Shown here: one piece after another, positions 30,665 to 41,254 of the stretch
Numbering within the stretch: the stretch's first letter is position 1
Layout: each line of letters starts with the position of its first letter
Source: an uncultured virus (IMG/VR IMGVR_UViG_2630968639_000002)
Taxonomy: Duplodnaviria; Heunggongvirae; Uroviricota; Caudoviricetes
Virus record (IMG/VR): IMGVR_UViG_2630968639_000002
Coordinates: 1 to 64,000 of that record
DNA: 64,000 bases
Reading direction: 5' to 3' (one strand)
Program-made: the position numbers and the translations under genes
Notes under the pieces: model-generated
Told to the model about the DNA's origin: nothing
Databases searched by the model: none
The model's input: only the letters and a program-made list of their open reading frames with translations

Positions 30665-32980
30665 TCAGATTTTGCAGGCTCCGTCGCACTCATCTTCTGG
30701 CTCGACGGCTACAGCTTGCGTCAGTGGATTCTGCGGTTCGTCGTCATCACGCTTTCCTGCCCCATCTCTGGTGTTGTGGTAGTAAAGCGTTTTAACTCCC
30801 ATCTTGTAGGCGAGAAGCAAATCTGACAGTAGCGTCATCATTGGGACTTTATCGCCTTCAAAGCGAGAAGGGTCATAGTTGGTATTGGCTGAAATAGCCT
30901 GGTCAAAGAACTTCTGGATGATCGCCACCTTTGTCAGATAGCCGCGGTTGTCCGGCATATCCCACAGGTATTCATACTGTTCCTTCAGTTTTTCAAACTC
31001 AGGCACGACCATCTTAACGATGCCGTCCTTAGAAGATTTCACCGACACCGGGCCACGAGGCGGTTCGATGCCGTTGGTGGAATTAGTGATCTGGCTGGAA
31101 GTCTCGCATGGCATTTGTGCCGTCAGTGTGGAGTTGCGAAGGCCGTATTTTGCAATACGTTCACGCAGTTCTTCCCACGGCATCTTTAACTCAAAGTTGG
31201 TTTCGCCACTTTCGTCTAATGAAGAACGGTAATGGTCGATCGGCAACTGACCAATTGCGTACTTGGTCTGCTCAAACCAGTCACACTCACCTTTTGCTTC
31301 AGCAAGTCGGCAGCTGGCATCAAGAAGGTAATACTGGATAGCTTCGAACGTTTCATGCACCAGTTTATTGCCAGCGGTATCAGAATAACGAACGCCATTC
31401 TTTGCCAGGTAATAAGCAAAGTTGGTTACACCAATTCCCAAGCTACGACGAGCTTTGGCAGGCACTTCGGCTGCCTCCATCGGATAGTCTTGATAATCCA
31501 GTAACGAATCCAGTGCAGCAACGGCATAGAACGCCACCTCTTTAAGAGACTCCAGTGAACGGATGGCTCCGAGGTTAAAAGCGGATAAAGTGCATAGCGC
31601 GATCTCACCGTTCGGGTCGTCGGTAAATGCCAGTGGACGAGTGGGTAGAGTGATCTCCATGCACAGGTTTGACTGGCGAACAGGTGCAAGAGCAGGAATG
31701 AAAGCGCCATGCTCGTTAATATGATCTACGTTCGCAATATAAATTCGGCCCGTGGACGCTCGTTCCTGCATCAGAGATGAGAACAGCTCAATGGCAGGTA
31801 CTGACTTCTTGCGAATTGAATCATCGGCTTCGTATTTATGGTACAGCTTTTCAAACAGCTCCTGGTCTGTGAAGAAGGCTTCGTACATATCAGGCACATC
31901 ATGCGGGCTGAACAGAGTGATGTTCTCGCTTCTGACGAGTCGACGGTACATTAGACGGTTACTCATGACGCCGTAATCAAGATGGCGAACGCGGTTTTCA
32001 TCAATACCACGGTTATTTTTCACCACCAGCAGACTTTCAACTTCAAGATGCCAGATCGGGTAAAACGCTGTTGCTGCGCCACCACGAACACCACCTTGCG
32101 AACAAGATTTAACAGCCGTCTGGAAATGCTTCAGGAATGGAATAACTCCGGTATGGGTGGCTTCACCATTGCGGATCTCGCTGCCCAGCGCACGGATACG
32201 GCCAAAACCAATACCAATTCCAGCACGACGTGAAACGTAGTCGATAATTGCGGCTGAAGCTGCACTAATCCCTTTCAGACTATCGCCAGACTCAATCAGC
32301 ACACAACTGGAGAACTGACGGGTTGGAGTACGGACGCCGGCCATGATTGGTGTGGGCAGAGACAGTTTGAACGTACTTGTAACGTCATAGAAACCTTTGA
32401 CCATCTCCATACGTGTTTTGCCAGCGCAGTCGTCTTCCCAATTCTGGAACAGACACATGCCTACCAGCATATAGATATGTTGCGGCCCCTCATGAATCTC
32501 ACCAGTAACACGGTTTTGAACGAGGTATTTGCTTTGCAACTGCACCGTAGCTGCATAGCCAAAAAGATCGTCACGTTTCGGCTTAATGTAATTGCCGAGT
32601 TCTTCGATCTCTTCAAACGAATAATGTGTCAGCAAATCCTTGTCATAAACGCCCTTGTTAACGTTCTTGACAATGTGTTGGTAGAAGTTCGGATAGTCGT
32701 AACGACCGAAGGCATCTTTGCGGATTTTAAAAATGTTCAGGCGGGCAGCCACCTGTGAGTAATTTGGTGCTTCTGGTGAGATCAAATCAGCGGCAGATTT
32801 AACCAAAGCCTCATGCAACTGGCTGGTGGTAATCCCATCAAAAATGCTGGCCGCAGCTCCCATTGCTACAGCGGATGCGCTTACACCACGAATGCCTTCT
32901 ACGCCATACATTACGACGCGGTTGTATTTTTCTTCGGATAACGGCTCTGTTTGGCCGTTACGTTTTACGATGCTTATCAT
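30665..32980 (-). CDS. nrdA: ribonucleotide reductase class Ia alpha subunit
   Basis: ATP cone, QFSSC, SNLCME, TLYY and C-terminal CxxxxC motifs. Confidence 0.97.
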   Translation of the reverse strand: MISIVKRNGQTEPLSEEKYNRVVMYGVEGIRGVSASAVAMGAAASIFDGITTSQLHEALVKSAADLISPEAPNYSQVAARLNIFKIRKDAFGRYDYPNFYQHIVKNVNKGVYDKDLLTHYSFEEIEELGNYIKPKRDDLFGYAATVQLQSKYLVQNRVTGEIHEGPQHIYMLVGMCLFQNWEDDCAGKTRMEMVKGFYDVTSTFKLSLPTPIMAGVRTPTRQFSSCVLIESGDSLKGISAASAAIIDYVSRRAGIGIGFGRIRALGSEIRNGEATHTGVIPFLKHFQTAVKSCSQGGVRGGAATAFYPIWHLEVESLLVVKNNRGIDENRVRHLDYGVMSNRLMYRRLVRSENITLFSPHDVPDMYEAFFTDQELFEKLYHKYEADDSIRKKSVPAIELFSSLMQERASTGRIYIANVDHINEHGAFIPALAPVRQSNLCMEITLPTRPLAFTDDPNGEIALCTLSAFNLGAIRSLESLKEVAFYAVAALDSLLDYQDYPMEAAEVPAKARRSLGIGVTNFAYYLAKNGVRYSDTAGNKLVHETFEAIQYYLLDASCRLAEAKGECDWFEQTKYAIGQLPIDHYRSSLDESGETNFELKMPWEELRERIAKYGLRNSTLTAQMPCETSSQITNSTNGIEPPRGPVSVKSSKDGIVKMVVPEFEKLKEQYEYLWDMPDNRGYLTKVAIIQKFFDQAISANTNYDPSRFEGDKVPMMTLLSDLLLAYKMGVKTLYYHNTRDGAGKRDDDEPQNPLTQAVAVEPEDECDGACKI

Positions 32981-33000
32981 GTATCACCAAATAAAGAGGG

Positions 33001-33016
33001 CCACTAAATATAGTGG
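33001..33016. promoter_or_regulatory. NrdR box upstream of phage nrdA
   Basis: CCACTAAATATAGTGG fits acaCwAtATaTwGtg consensus. Confidence 0.7.
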
Positions 33017-33053
33017 CCCATGTTAATAGATAAGCACTTACCTATCAATGAAA

Positions 33054-33623
33054 TCAAATGAGAGACTTAAGAACATCGCGCACCTGGCGGAACTGATCTG
33101 TTTGCATACCGGTATGGATGGCAGCCACCGCATCAGCCAAATGTTCGTTTTTGTTCACGAGAACATCCTGTCCAGATTGCTTACGACGCAGCCACGGTGC
33201 TTTAGGGTGTTTTTTCGTAGCCCACTGGATAATCTCTTCTTTCGATGTAGTAAGTTTATTGCCGACAAAATGCTTGATTTCGTTTGGAGTAACCTGGATC
33301 AATGGCTTATCCACACACGCAAGTACACCGATACAAATACCGTAAGACGTCTGCGAACGAGAGTTTTGGCTCCCAACCGGTAGCTCACAAAAAACCATAT
33401 TTGCCTTATCAATGATTGGCTTCGCAACACGCCATATTTCACTGGCGCGGCGCAGATCGTCACTGTTCACACGAACGGTCTTTTTGTTACTCCCCGCTTT
33501 AGTCTCAACAAGAGTAAGGCCGTGAATCTCAAGTTCGTCCGTCTCAAGGTCTAAAGTGCCCACAGCAAGCCCAAAGTTGCTCATTGAGGGATCAACACCA
33601 ACTACGCTGATTTTTTTACTCAT
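33054..33623 (-). CDS. RuvC-like Holliday junction resolvase
   Basis: GVDPS..NFG, conserved E, K..I and ADAVA motifs. Confidence 0.85.
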   Translation of the reverse strand: MSKKISVVGVDPSMSNFGLAVGTLDLETDELEIHGLTLVETKAGSNKKTVRVNSDDLRRASEIWRVAKPIIDKANMVFCELPVGSQNSRSQTSYGICIGVLACVDKPLIQVTPNEIKHFVGNKLTTSKEEIIQWATKKHPKAPWLRRKQSGQDVLVNKNEHLADAVAAIHTGMQTDQFRQVRDVLKSLI

Positions 33624-33632
33624 ATAGTCTCC

Positions 33633-34376
33633 TTACCATGTTCCCCATATAGGGTTTTCCAATAATCTCGCCTCCAACGAATTGGCTACTATTGCCGTTT
33701 GCAACGTTGGTTGGGGATAGTTTGCAAAGTCTGAATACTCATTTTCCTGCGTGACACGTTTATCTGCGGCATGTTTAACACCACTTGCTATGAAATGACG
33801 CATGATGCCCAATAGCCTCCGACTGTCTGCACTATCGTTTGCTAAAACATGAGGGAGCTGAAGTTCGATTTCTACCATTTCTCCATACTTACCAACAAAC
33901 TGTAGTTTGTCCGCACTGTACTTTTTATCCCTCCTTTGGATAAGGAAACCAGTAAAAGCATCACCTGGCGATGCCAAACTATCCACCCGCTTATTGGCAA
34001 GTCGAATAAGGTTCGTGAAAGCCATACAGTGATGCGCACCCATTCCCCCAAAGACCCCTTCGCTATTAATGTTAAGATCTTCAGTTTCATGGGATGCAAT
34101 AAACCCAGGCCCGACGTTGGGAAGATATCCCCCCTCAACAAAAGGATTAATCAGGATCGGCGCAATACATCCAGGTGGTAGTGATTTCAAACTTTGCATC
34201 AATGGCGTCTCGGATATTAGACCAAGCAACGCGGCGAATTGTACTCCGTCAATATTGTTGCTGCCCCACAGAATACGTGGAGCCGCACCATTGGAAGTAT
34301 GCCCATTGATCAGTTTTATCGACTGCATCACTGCAAATACCTGCAAAAACTGCGAGCGGCTTAATTTAAACGACAT
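33633..34376 (-). CDS. hypothetical protein
   Basis: ORF in operon. Confidence 0.7.
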   Translation of the reverse strand: MSFKLSRSQFLQVFAVMQSIKLINGHTSNGAAPRILWGSNNIDGVQFAALLGLISETPLMQSLKSLPPGCIAPILINPFVEGGYLPNVGPGFIASHETEDLNINSEGVFGGMGAHHCMAFTNLIRLANKRVDSLASPGDAFTGFLIQRRDKKYSADKLQFVGKYGEMVEIELQLPHVLANDSADSRRLLGIMRHFIASGVKHAADKRVTQENEYSDFANYPQPTLQTAIVANSLEARLLENPIWGTW

Positions 34377-36282
34377 AGCTGCGCCCCTCTTTAACTTCCA
34401 GCGTAATAGTTTCCCGGAACCATGACTTCATCTCTTTATGGGAGATAATCAGCACAGTACCTCGCTCGCGAGCTTTGGACTCCAGAATACCCATGAGGCG
34501 TTCAAGACCGGCTGTATCGAGTGCATCGTCAATTTCGTCGCCGATAAACAAATCGATGTTTTTACTCGCCCGGTTACTAACCAGATCCTGCAATGCCAAA
34601 GAACACGCAATGCGAACCTTCCGCTTCTCACCACCAGAGAGGGTCTGGAACGACTTACTTGAACCTTTCTTCTGCACACTAATGTTGAATTTGTCGCGAT
34701 ACTCACCTTTTTTAGTGACATCCATCGTCGACCACTCAGCAGTAATATTCCCGTCAGACAACGTATTGAGATACTCGGCAGTGCGTGTATTCAGGAAAGG
34801 CGTAACAGACGTCAAAATATGAGAACGCACCCCGGCAGGAGAGTAGACCTGACGAGCTTTTTCCAATAGCAACGTTTGTTCCTGAATAGCCTTCAACTCA
34901 TCTTTTAAGGACTTGAAGGTAGACTTACTGGATACCAAGTTATCTTCGTGTCTGGCGATAAGAGCAATAAACGGATTAATCTCTTTTGATATACGATCGA
35001 CCTCAGTACGAGCACGAGTCACAAGAGACTCAATAGCAACAACCTCCTTCTCACGATGACGCAAAGATGAGAGTTGTTTCGTAAGCTCTTCAATCCGGGC
35101 AATGATAGCCGTTACATCAGGTGTCGTTTTAACAAGGGCAGACTCAATGCTTAACGCTTTCTCAAGATTCGTTTTGTGTTTAGCCATTGCCTCTGCAAGT
35201 GTCTTCGCCTGACCAATTTCCTGACGTGCTTGTTCAATGAAATTCTCCTTCACCGTTGATAGATCTTCTTCGCAGTAGGCTTTGCCACAAGTAGGGCATG
35301 GTGATCCTACTTTAGTACCAACCTCTTCTGCTTTGGTCTTAAAATTGCGCGCGCGGCTCATTGCATCAGCCTGACTATTTTCTGTAGCTTTGATGCTTGC
35401 CCGAATATCAGTTATCGCACCACGAACTTTGAGCAACTTGGCGTCATGTTCTTCTTTTGAGGCTAACTTTTTGCGCTCACTTTCGATTGCCTTCTCGGTA
35501 TCACGTATCTGTTCGGGAAGAGTGCGGATCTCAAGTTCAACTTCCGTTAACTCAACTTCGGCACTGGCCAGCCCAGCCAGGGCATCGTCATAACGTTTAG
35601 AACGCTCTTGCTCCCATGATTCAGAGGAGGCTTTCGCTGACTCAATTTCTGACTGTGTTGCCTCAATGGTCGAGATTGTCGACTCCAATTTGGTTTTAAC
35701 CACATCCATACGTGCGGCAGCTGCATTAGCTCGCTCACGAGCAATAGCGTAGGCGCGTGTCAGTCTGTCAACGCCAGCGGCTTCTTCTACGATGGTTTTG
35801 AGGTTTTTGTCGGACATTCCAGGTAAATCTGGCATAGCTTCTTGGCTCGCATAGATGGAAGCCATGAAAACCTCTTTAGATGCACCGATCAGACGCTCGA
35901 CGAACTCCTGCGTCAGCGCATCTTTGCCTTTCGTCATATCGCCATCTTCACCACGAACGATAAGACGATTTTTGAACTCTTTGTGTTTACGGTGACGAAT
36001 GATTGCGTATCTCTTGCCTTCATCCTCGATGGTTACTGCAACACGACAGTTCTTTTCATGGTCGGTAGACAACACATCGTCACCCTTCACACCATGAGCT
36101 GTTTCGCCATAAAGACACCACATCAGGCTATTCATTAGAGTTGACTTTCCAGAGCCATTACTTGATGCGGAACTATCATCACTATTAACACCCTGAATAA
36201 GCACTAAACCACGCTGATCTAACTCGACCTCCGCGCTGGCGATAGCCATAAAATTCTCAACCTGGAGCTTTAAAAACTTCAT
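34366..36282 (-). CDS. SbcC/Rad50-like ATPase
   Basis: NGSGKST, coiled coil with CPTC hook, LSGGE, DE and ISH motifs. Confidence 0.93.
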   Translation of the reverse strand: MKFLKLQVENFMAIASAEVELDQRGLVLIQGVNSDDSSASSNGSGKSTLMNSLMWCLYGETAHGVKGDDVLSTDHEKNCRVAVTIEDEGKRYAIIRHRKHKEFKNRLIVRGEDGDMTKGKDALTQEFVERLIGASKEVFMASIYASQEAMPDLPGMSDKNLKTIVEEAAGVDRLTRAYAIARERANAAAARMDVVKTKLESTISTIEATQSEIESAKASSESWEQERSKRYDDALAGLASAEVELTEVELEIRTLPEQIRDTEKAIESERKKLASKEEHDAKLLKVRGAITDIRASIKATENSQADAMSRARNFKTKAEEVGTKVGSPCPTCGKAYCEEDLSTVKENFIEQARQEIGQAKTLAEAMAKHKTNLEKALSIESALVKTTPDVTAIIARIEELTKQLSSLRHREKEVVAIESLVTRARTEVDRISKEINPFIALIARHEDNLVSSKSTFKSLKDELKAIQEQTLLLEKARQVYSPAGVRSHILTSVTPFLNTRTAEYLNTLSDGNITAEWSTMDVTKKGEYRDKFNISVQKKGSSKSFQTLSGGEKRKVRIACSLALQDLVSNRASKNIDLFIGDEIDDALDTAGLERLMGILESKARERGTVLIISHKEMKSWFRETITLEVKEGRSYVV

Positions 36283-36470
36283 ATAACACCTCTGATACCG
36301 TGTGTTAGCTTTTGGCCTTCTTTCAATCTGAACTCCGTATGCGCCGGGAAGGATCTGCGCCTCAATACGCCTTTTCTTGTTAACCTTCCAAGATAAAACG
36401 CTACGGGATTTCCTTGTGGCGGGTAGGGCTTGTGAAACATCACCGTCTGGCCTCGTTCAAGTCTTTTCAT
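36279..36470 (-). CDS. small basic hypothetical protein (MKRLERGQ...; start uncertain)
   Basis: Fills the gap between the sbcD-like and sbcC-like genes. Confidence 0.5.
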   Translation of the reverse strand: MKRLERGQTVMFHKPYPPQGNPVAFYLGRLTRKGVLRRRSFPAHTEFRLKEGQKLTHGIRGVI

Positions 36471-36511
36471 CGTGATGGCAAAGTCTCGAAAGCTCCCATA
36501 ACGACTTTGCT

Positions 36512-37597
36512 TCACACAGCCTCCGAACTCTCCGCTTCGGTGAGGATTTCCTGACACAAAATATCCAATTTGCTCAGATCAAATCCGCCGTCAGTATCGT
36601 GGACAATCTTGCAATAAGCAGATACCGACTCTCCCAGGCTATCGATTTTGCTGGTTTCAGTTGTGCTGGCTGTCCCTTCCATCATTGATGACTTACGGAT
36701 GAAGTTGCACACGACACCTTTTGCACCCATTGTTTTGAGGATGTTCTGGTACTTAATGCCTTCTTCATCGTTCTCAATTACGGCGCGGAAACGCACGTAG
36801 TTGCCGCGAATTTGGTCATCAGCAACATCATCTTCCAGGTTAATGAATTTAGGCGCACTGGTTTCGTAGTGACTGAAACTGCCGTCCGGGTTTACGATCA
36901 TGTAGCCAGCCAGAGATCCAACATCTCCCCAATTTTGATGAGTCAGTGCACCGACACTGATAACTCCAGGAATGACCTCTTTGTGGTTGTGGTAATGCCC
37001 ACTAAGCACGAGACGAAAGCCGATATCCTTTAACTCCTGCGCATCGATACCGACGTCAGGCATTGTTGGAATGGCTTTGTTAATGGATGTATGGATAACA
37101 ACGTCATGATTATCACCTTCTACGCTCTTACGTAATGCTTTCAGATCGCTGATAAGCTCCGCATGATTGTTACGCCAGCTAATCAGGTGGACAGTCACAT
37201 CACCAATTTTTATTGAGTGTGGGCGCTTGCCACATACGATTACCACGCCGATAGAACTCAGCGATGCTGCTGCGTTGGCGCTATATACTGAATCGTTGGT
37301 TTCAAGATCGTGATTACCGGCCAGCATTACTACTGTCAGATCAAGCTCGTTGATAATCCACTTGTACGTTTCAGTTACGTAATGCAAAACAGAAGGGGAC
37401 ACAGTTCCTCGGACGTGAAATGTATCACCGGCAACCAACATGTACTTACAACCGGCCTTCTTCATGGCGATGGCTGCTTCTTTCGTTGCTTCCAACTGTA
37501 TTTCAAGTCTGGAGTTAAGCCCCTCAGCGTTCGTCGTGGAGAACGCATCCCATTTGTGGTAGTGGCAGTCAGAAATGACGCCGTATGGCAAAGTCAT
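36512..37597 (-). CDS. SbcD/Mre11-like metallophosphoesterase nuclease
   Basis: SDCH, AGDTFH, GNHD and SGHYH motifs. Confidence 0.92.
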   Translation of the reverse strand: MTLPYGVISDCHYHKWDAFSTTNAEGLNSRLEIQLEATKEAAIAMKKAGCKYMLVAGDTFHVRGTVSPSVLHYVTETYKWIINELDLTVVMLAGNHDLETNDSVYSANAAASLSSIGVVIVCGKRPHSIKIGDVTVHLISWRNNHAELISDLKALRKSVEGDNHDVVIHTSINKAIPTMPDVGIDAQELKDIGFRLVLSGHYHNHKEVIPGVISVGALTHQNWGDVGSLAGYMIVNPDGSFSHYETSAPKFINLEDDVADDQIRGNYVRFRAVIENDEEGIKYQNILKTMGAKGVVCNFIRKSSMMEGTASTTETSKIDSLGESVSAYCKIVHDTDGGFDLSKLDILCQEILTEAESSEAV

Positions 37598-37851
37598 GTA
37601 TTTTTCCTTTGTGGTTATTTTGATACAAATTCTAAGAGCAATGAGGAGGTAAACAACTATGCATAACGGTATGTTAGGAATGAAACGAGCGCCTTAATAT
37701 ACAAAATTTATAAGTAAGTATATACCTATATATCGTGGCGCAACTTTGCTTGTCTGTATGACTAAAAATAAGACAGGATCACTGTAGAACGCTATGAGAG
37801 CTATTTTGAGGGGACGTAGATTCTATCTACGCCAATATACGATCTGGAGGG

Positions 37852-38496
37852 TTACAGCGCGTCAGTGGGCTTTTTACGCGCTGCGTTTATGCTTATGACG
37901 CCAGCTTTTGGACGTGGGTCAACAAGGTTAAGCTCTTCTTCGCTGTGGTATTCGAGGTCGAACTCACGTTTTACATGTCTGATGTAGATTGCGGTGAGCA
38001 GGCTATCTTTGGTCAGAAAGTGTCCGTAGGATTTGCGGATCACTTCTTCTACTTTCTCGATTTTCTCACCACCCATACAGAGATGATTAAACCGGCTGTG
38101 TTTCCGCAACATTTCGTCTACTGGGCCTGAGTAAACCTTGTCTACTTTCCCAAAACGGATGATTTTCCCTGTGTCTGCGGATACGAGGCAAATCAGCTTG
38201 TCTGGTGATAAACGATCTCGCCACGTCACACCTGAACGGAGTGTGTTGAAGTAGGGAGCATCCAATCCGATGATCGGTTTACGAAATGCGAGTAATGGAA
38301 CGTACCTGATGCAACTGTTTAAATGAAAATTCACACCAGCCTTATCAAGTTTAATTCTGGTTTCGTAGATCGGGCACTTCGCCGCTATACCGCAGATGTC
38401 ACAAAGCAACTTCTGCTTATTCAGGTTGGAATTTGATTCGATAGTGTAGGAGCCGTCTTCAAGACGACGAACCCAGCGCGTGCGTTTTAGATCCAT
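37852..38496 (-). CDS. hypothetical protein
   Basis: 214-aa ORF divergent from repA. Confidence 0.7.
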   Translation of the reverse strand: MDLKRTRWVRRLEDGSYTIESNSNLNKQKLLCDICGIAAKCPIYETRIKLDKAGVNFHLNSCIRYVPLLAFRKPIIGLDAPYFNTLRSGVTWRDRLSPDKLICLVSADTGKIIRFGKVDKVYSGPVDEMLRKHSRFNHLCMGGEKIEKVEEVIRKSYGHFLTKDSLLTAIYIRHVKREFDLEYHSEEELNLVDPRPKAGVISINAARKKPTDAL

Positions 38497-38574
38497 ATGT
38501 CATTTTTCTGTGATTGTTAGCCGAGGCAACGATAACCCACCAGGTGCGCCGAAGGTAGTAAATGCCTGTTTTAA

Positions 38575-38797
38575 TTATTCACATATCCACAGGATAGATC
38601 CTAATAAAGAGATCCATAGATAGATCCTTGTATAGATCAAATAAGATCCCCGATCGCTGTAAGCCGCGCCACGACTGGTCTGAAGCCATGTTCATGTATG
38701 CTGTCAGCGGTAATTGATAGTCTGTCAGCGGTTCACCGTATGCTGCCAACTGTTTTTGGTATTCTGTCAGCGGCAAATCAAGTATGCTGTCAGCGGT
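38575..38797 (+). other. plasmid replication origin (P1 oriR-like): DnaA boxes, AGATC repeats, five iterons
   Basis: TTATTCACA/ATATCCACA; five AGATC(C/A) units at 38595-38650; TATGCTGTCAGCGGT-type iterons at 38697, 38718, 38739, 38760, 38783. Confidence 0.92.
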
Positions 38798-38817
38798 TGA
38801 ATGACAAAGGTGTCCAC

Positions 38818-39912
38818 ATGTCCACAAAAAATAAAAAAGGTAAAAATAACAAAGAAGTAGAAGATAATCTCGACAACTTTGAAGAAGGTTCCCTTGAATT
38901 GTACACAGGGGAACTTGTCCCTAATAGCAACAATACAGTCCAACCAATTGCGTTGATGCGGCTGGGATTGTTCGTGCCCACGCTCAAGGGGACAAAATAC
39001 AGCAAGCGTAACAAGCCAAATGAGATCGATGCTTCAAAGGAGCTTGTTCAGCTCGAAGTAGCCCGTTCTGAAGGCTATTCCGATATCAAGATAACCGGTC
39101 CTCGTCTCGACATGGATCATGATTTCAAAACGTGGGTGGGCGTTGTGCGTTCGCTGGCAGAATACGGCGAACCTAACGGTCGTGTCGAGTTAAGCATCAC
39201 GAAATTTGCGAAGTTTTGTGGCTATCCATCGTCACAGATCCGCAAAACACTCCGCGACCGGCTTACAAACAGTCTTTTGAAGATCATGCGTACAACTCTG
39301 TCTTTCCAGAGAACGTATGAAGAAAAGAACGTCGACGGCTCTAACAAGATCTCGCTTCTGATGGTGCACCTCATCAATAGCGTGGACTACAACGAGCAGA
39401 AAGATACGGTGGTGTTCTATGCAGAACCGAAGCTGGCCGAACTATATCGCTTTGACCATAAGGTTCTTTTGCAGTTAAAGGTTATCAATAAGCTACCACG
39501 CAAAGAAACAGCACAGGCTCTGTACACCTTCATCGAAAGTCTTCCAACCAAGCCTGCGCCGGTATCGCTTGCTCGATTGCGTGCGCGACTCAATTTGAGT
39601 AGCAGGAATGTCAGCTCGCAGAATCAGACTATACGTAACGGCTTAAAAGCTCTCCAAGATTTGGGCTATCTCGAATACAGCGAGATTAAGCGTGGGCGGT
39701 CGATCTATATCCAGATTCACAGCCGCAATCCAAAACTCAAAGTCGCACCGCCAAAACCTGAAGACATCGAACCCAAAAAACCAGATGAGAAAGCCGGGGA
39801 AATTGATGCCAAACAGAACATTATCAATAAGATAACCGAACTTTCGCAGAATTTGACGCCTGAAAATATCAAGATGATTGAGATCCTTTCCAATAGTCTC
39901 AAACTGCTTTGA
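38818..39912 (+). CDS. repA: plasmid replication initiator RepA (IncFIB/P1-RepA family)
   Basis: TVQPIALMRLGLFVPT, GPRLDM..DFKTWVG and AQALYTF..SLP motifs; flanked by iterons. Confidence 0.95.
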   Translation: MSTKNKKGKNNKEVEDNLDNFEEGSLELYTGELVPNSNNTVQPIALMRLGLFVPTLKGTKYSKRNKPNEIDASKELVQLEVARSEGYSDIKITGPRLDMDHDFKTWVGVVRSLAEYGEPNGRVELSITKFAKFCGYPSSQIRKTLRDRLTNSLLKIMRTTLSFQRTYEEKNVDGSNKISLLMVHLINSVDYNEQKDTVVFYAEPKLAELYRFDHKVLLQLKVINKLPRKETAQALYTFIESLPTKPAPVSLARLRARLNLSSRNVSSQNQTIRNGLKALQDLGYLEYSEIKRGRSIYIQIHSRNPKLKVAPPKPEDIEPKKPDEKAGEIDAKQNIINKITELSQNLTPENIKMIEILSNSLKLL

Positions 39913-40444
39913 TATGCTGTCAGCGGTGAAATGTATGCTATCAGCGGCTATTTTTCTGAAAAGTATGCTGTGAACGGTTAAAGATATGCTACCAGCGGTA
40001 TAGTGAGATAAACGTATGCTGTGAGCGGTAAATCATCTATCACCACTCAATGCTCTTTTATACCTCCCCAGTGGTTACTAACCTCGAAGAGTGCATTCCA
40101 TATAGGTTTGCGCTCACTAACATTCTATTCCCATTGCGCTGATTACTTGTAGTGAAAGGTATTTATTGCCTGCTGCTCCCTGATAGAACGTATGCTGTCA
40201 GCGGTGTTTTATTGAGGAATTTTTGTTTGGATATGCTATCAGCGGTAATTAATGGCATATGTCAGACCTTCGTATGCTGCCAGCGGTAATTTTGTTCTGG
40301 TTATACCCATACCGGTACACATTATTCATGCAATGTCTTAAGTATGCTGTCAGCGGTAAAAAATCGAGTAAAGTATGCTGTGAGCGGTGAGATAGACTCT
40401 CGATATGCTATCAGCGGCAGTTGATTGTGTATGCTGTCAGCGGT
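39913..40444 (+). repeat. downstream copy-control iteron array (incA-like), 12 copies
   Basis: TATGCTRYSAGCGGY-type copies at 39913, 39934, 39964, 39985, 40015, 40191, 40232, 40273, 40343, 40374, 40404, 40430. Confidence 0.92.
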
Positions 40445-40491
40445 GACGACTATGAAATATGACTGCGGAACGTGCCGCAGTCAGTTTGCAT

Positions 40492-40704
40492 TTAGTGTAT
40501 TTTCTTTAACAGACCCCAAAGTGTTCCGGCTTTTGTAGTCAGTTTTCCTGTTTCTGGATCGTACATACGCCATTCACGCCGCTGGTGGACGATATACCCA
40601 TCTTCACGTTCCAGACGCTCAAGAATGCCAGGCTGCTTGAAACCCTTAGCACGCCAGTAGCCGCTTGTTTTCTCGATTTCCAGACCTGCCAGTGTTAATG
40701 CCAT
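40492..40704 (-). CDS. hypothetical protein
   Basis: Coupled ORF, GGAGG RBS. Confidence 0.7.
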   Translation of the reverse strand: MALTLAGLEIEKTSGYWRAKGFKQPGILERLEREDGYIVHQRREWRMYDPETGKLTTKAGTLWGLLKKIH

Positions 40705-41039
40705 TATCCAACCTCCTTGCAGTCATCGAAAAGGTAGCTTTGCTGAGAAGCGTGAACACCATAGAAGCCCTTGTATTTGTTGTATACGAAGTGGTCTTCT
40801 CCGACGCCGGTTAATTTGCCATTACGATTTGTGAGATATGGGGATGACAACACTCGATCGTCACGCACAACATAGAACTGGTCGCCGCTGTCTACGACCA
40901 TCGCTCCATATGGTGCTTTTATGACGTCGGTAAGAGCGCCATTCTTAACGTCGGCTACAGACATTTCACACTGATAAACAGTGGTGTCGGCCACAACGAT
41001 CGAAGAAAGAAACAACAGCGCGAATGGGATGGTCTTCAT
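40704..41039 (-). CDS. secreted hypothetical protein
   Basis: N-terminal signal peptide, GAGG RBS. Confidence 0.7.
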   Translation of the reverse strand: MKTIPFALLFLSSIVVADTTVYQCEMSVADVKNGALTDVIKAPYGAMVVDSGDQFYVVRDDRVLSSPYLTNRNGKLTGVGEDHFVYNKYKGFYGVHASQQSYLFDDCKEVG

Positions 41040-41215
41040 GCTGCCACCTCTTTGATTACATTAAATGCTGAATTAAATACGAGCACGATAGCCAAAGCGT
41101 TTATGACTACGTCGTGCACCGGGGAAAAGACTTTACGAATGACACCAGTGAAAATGCAGTCGATGACAAAAGCTATTGAAACGATGAGTAACAAGTATTC
41201 AATAAAAATCTTCAT
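41036..41215 (-). CDS. small membrane protein (59 aa, MKIFIEYLLL...)
   Basis: Manually read ORF with ATGA overlap to the next gene. Confidence 0.55.
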   Translation of the reverse strand: MKIFIEYLLLIVSIAFVIDCIFTGVIRKVFSPVHDVVINALAIVLVFNSAFNVIKEVAA

Positions 41216-41254
41216 GATAGGTAGATACTAACTTATATAAATTTTACTGTAAAC

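Noticed and set aside
39913..40444. Regularly repeated 15-mers resembling a CRISPR array
   Set aside because: Repeats are short, non-palindromic, irregularly spaced, match the origin iterons and flank repA; no cas genes are present
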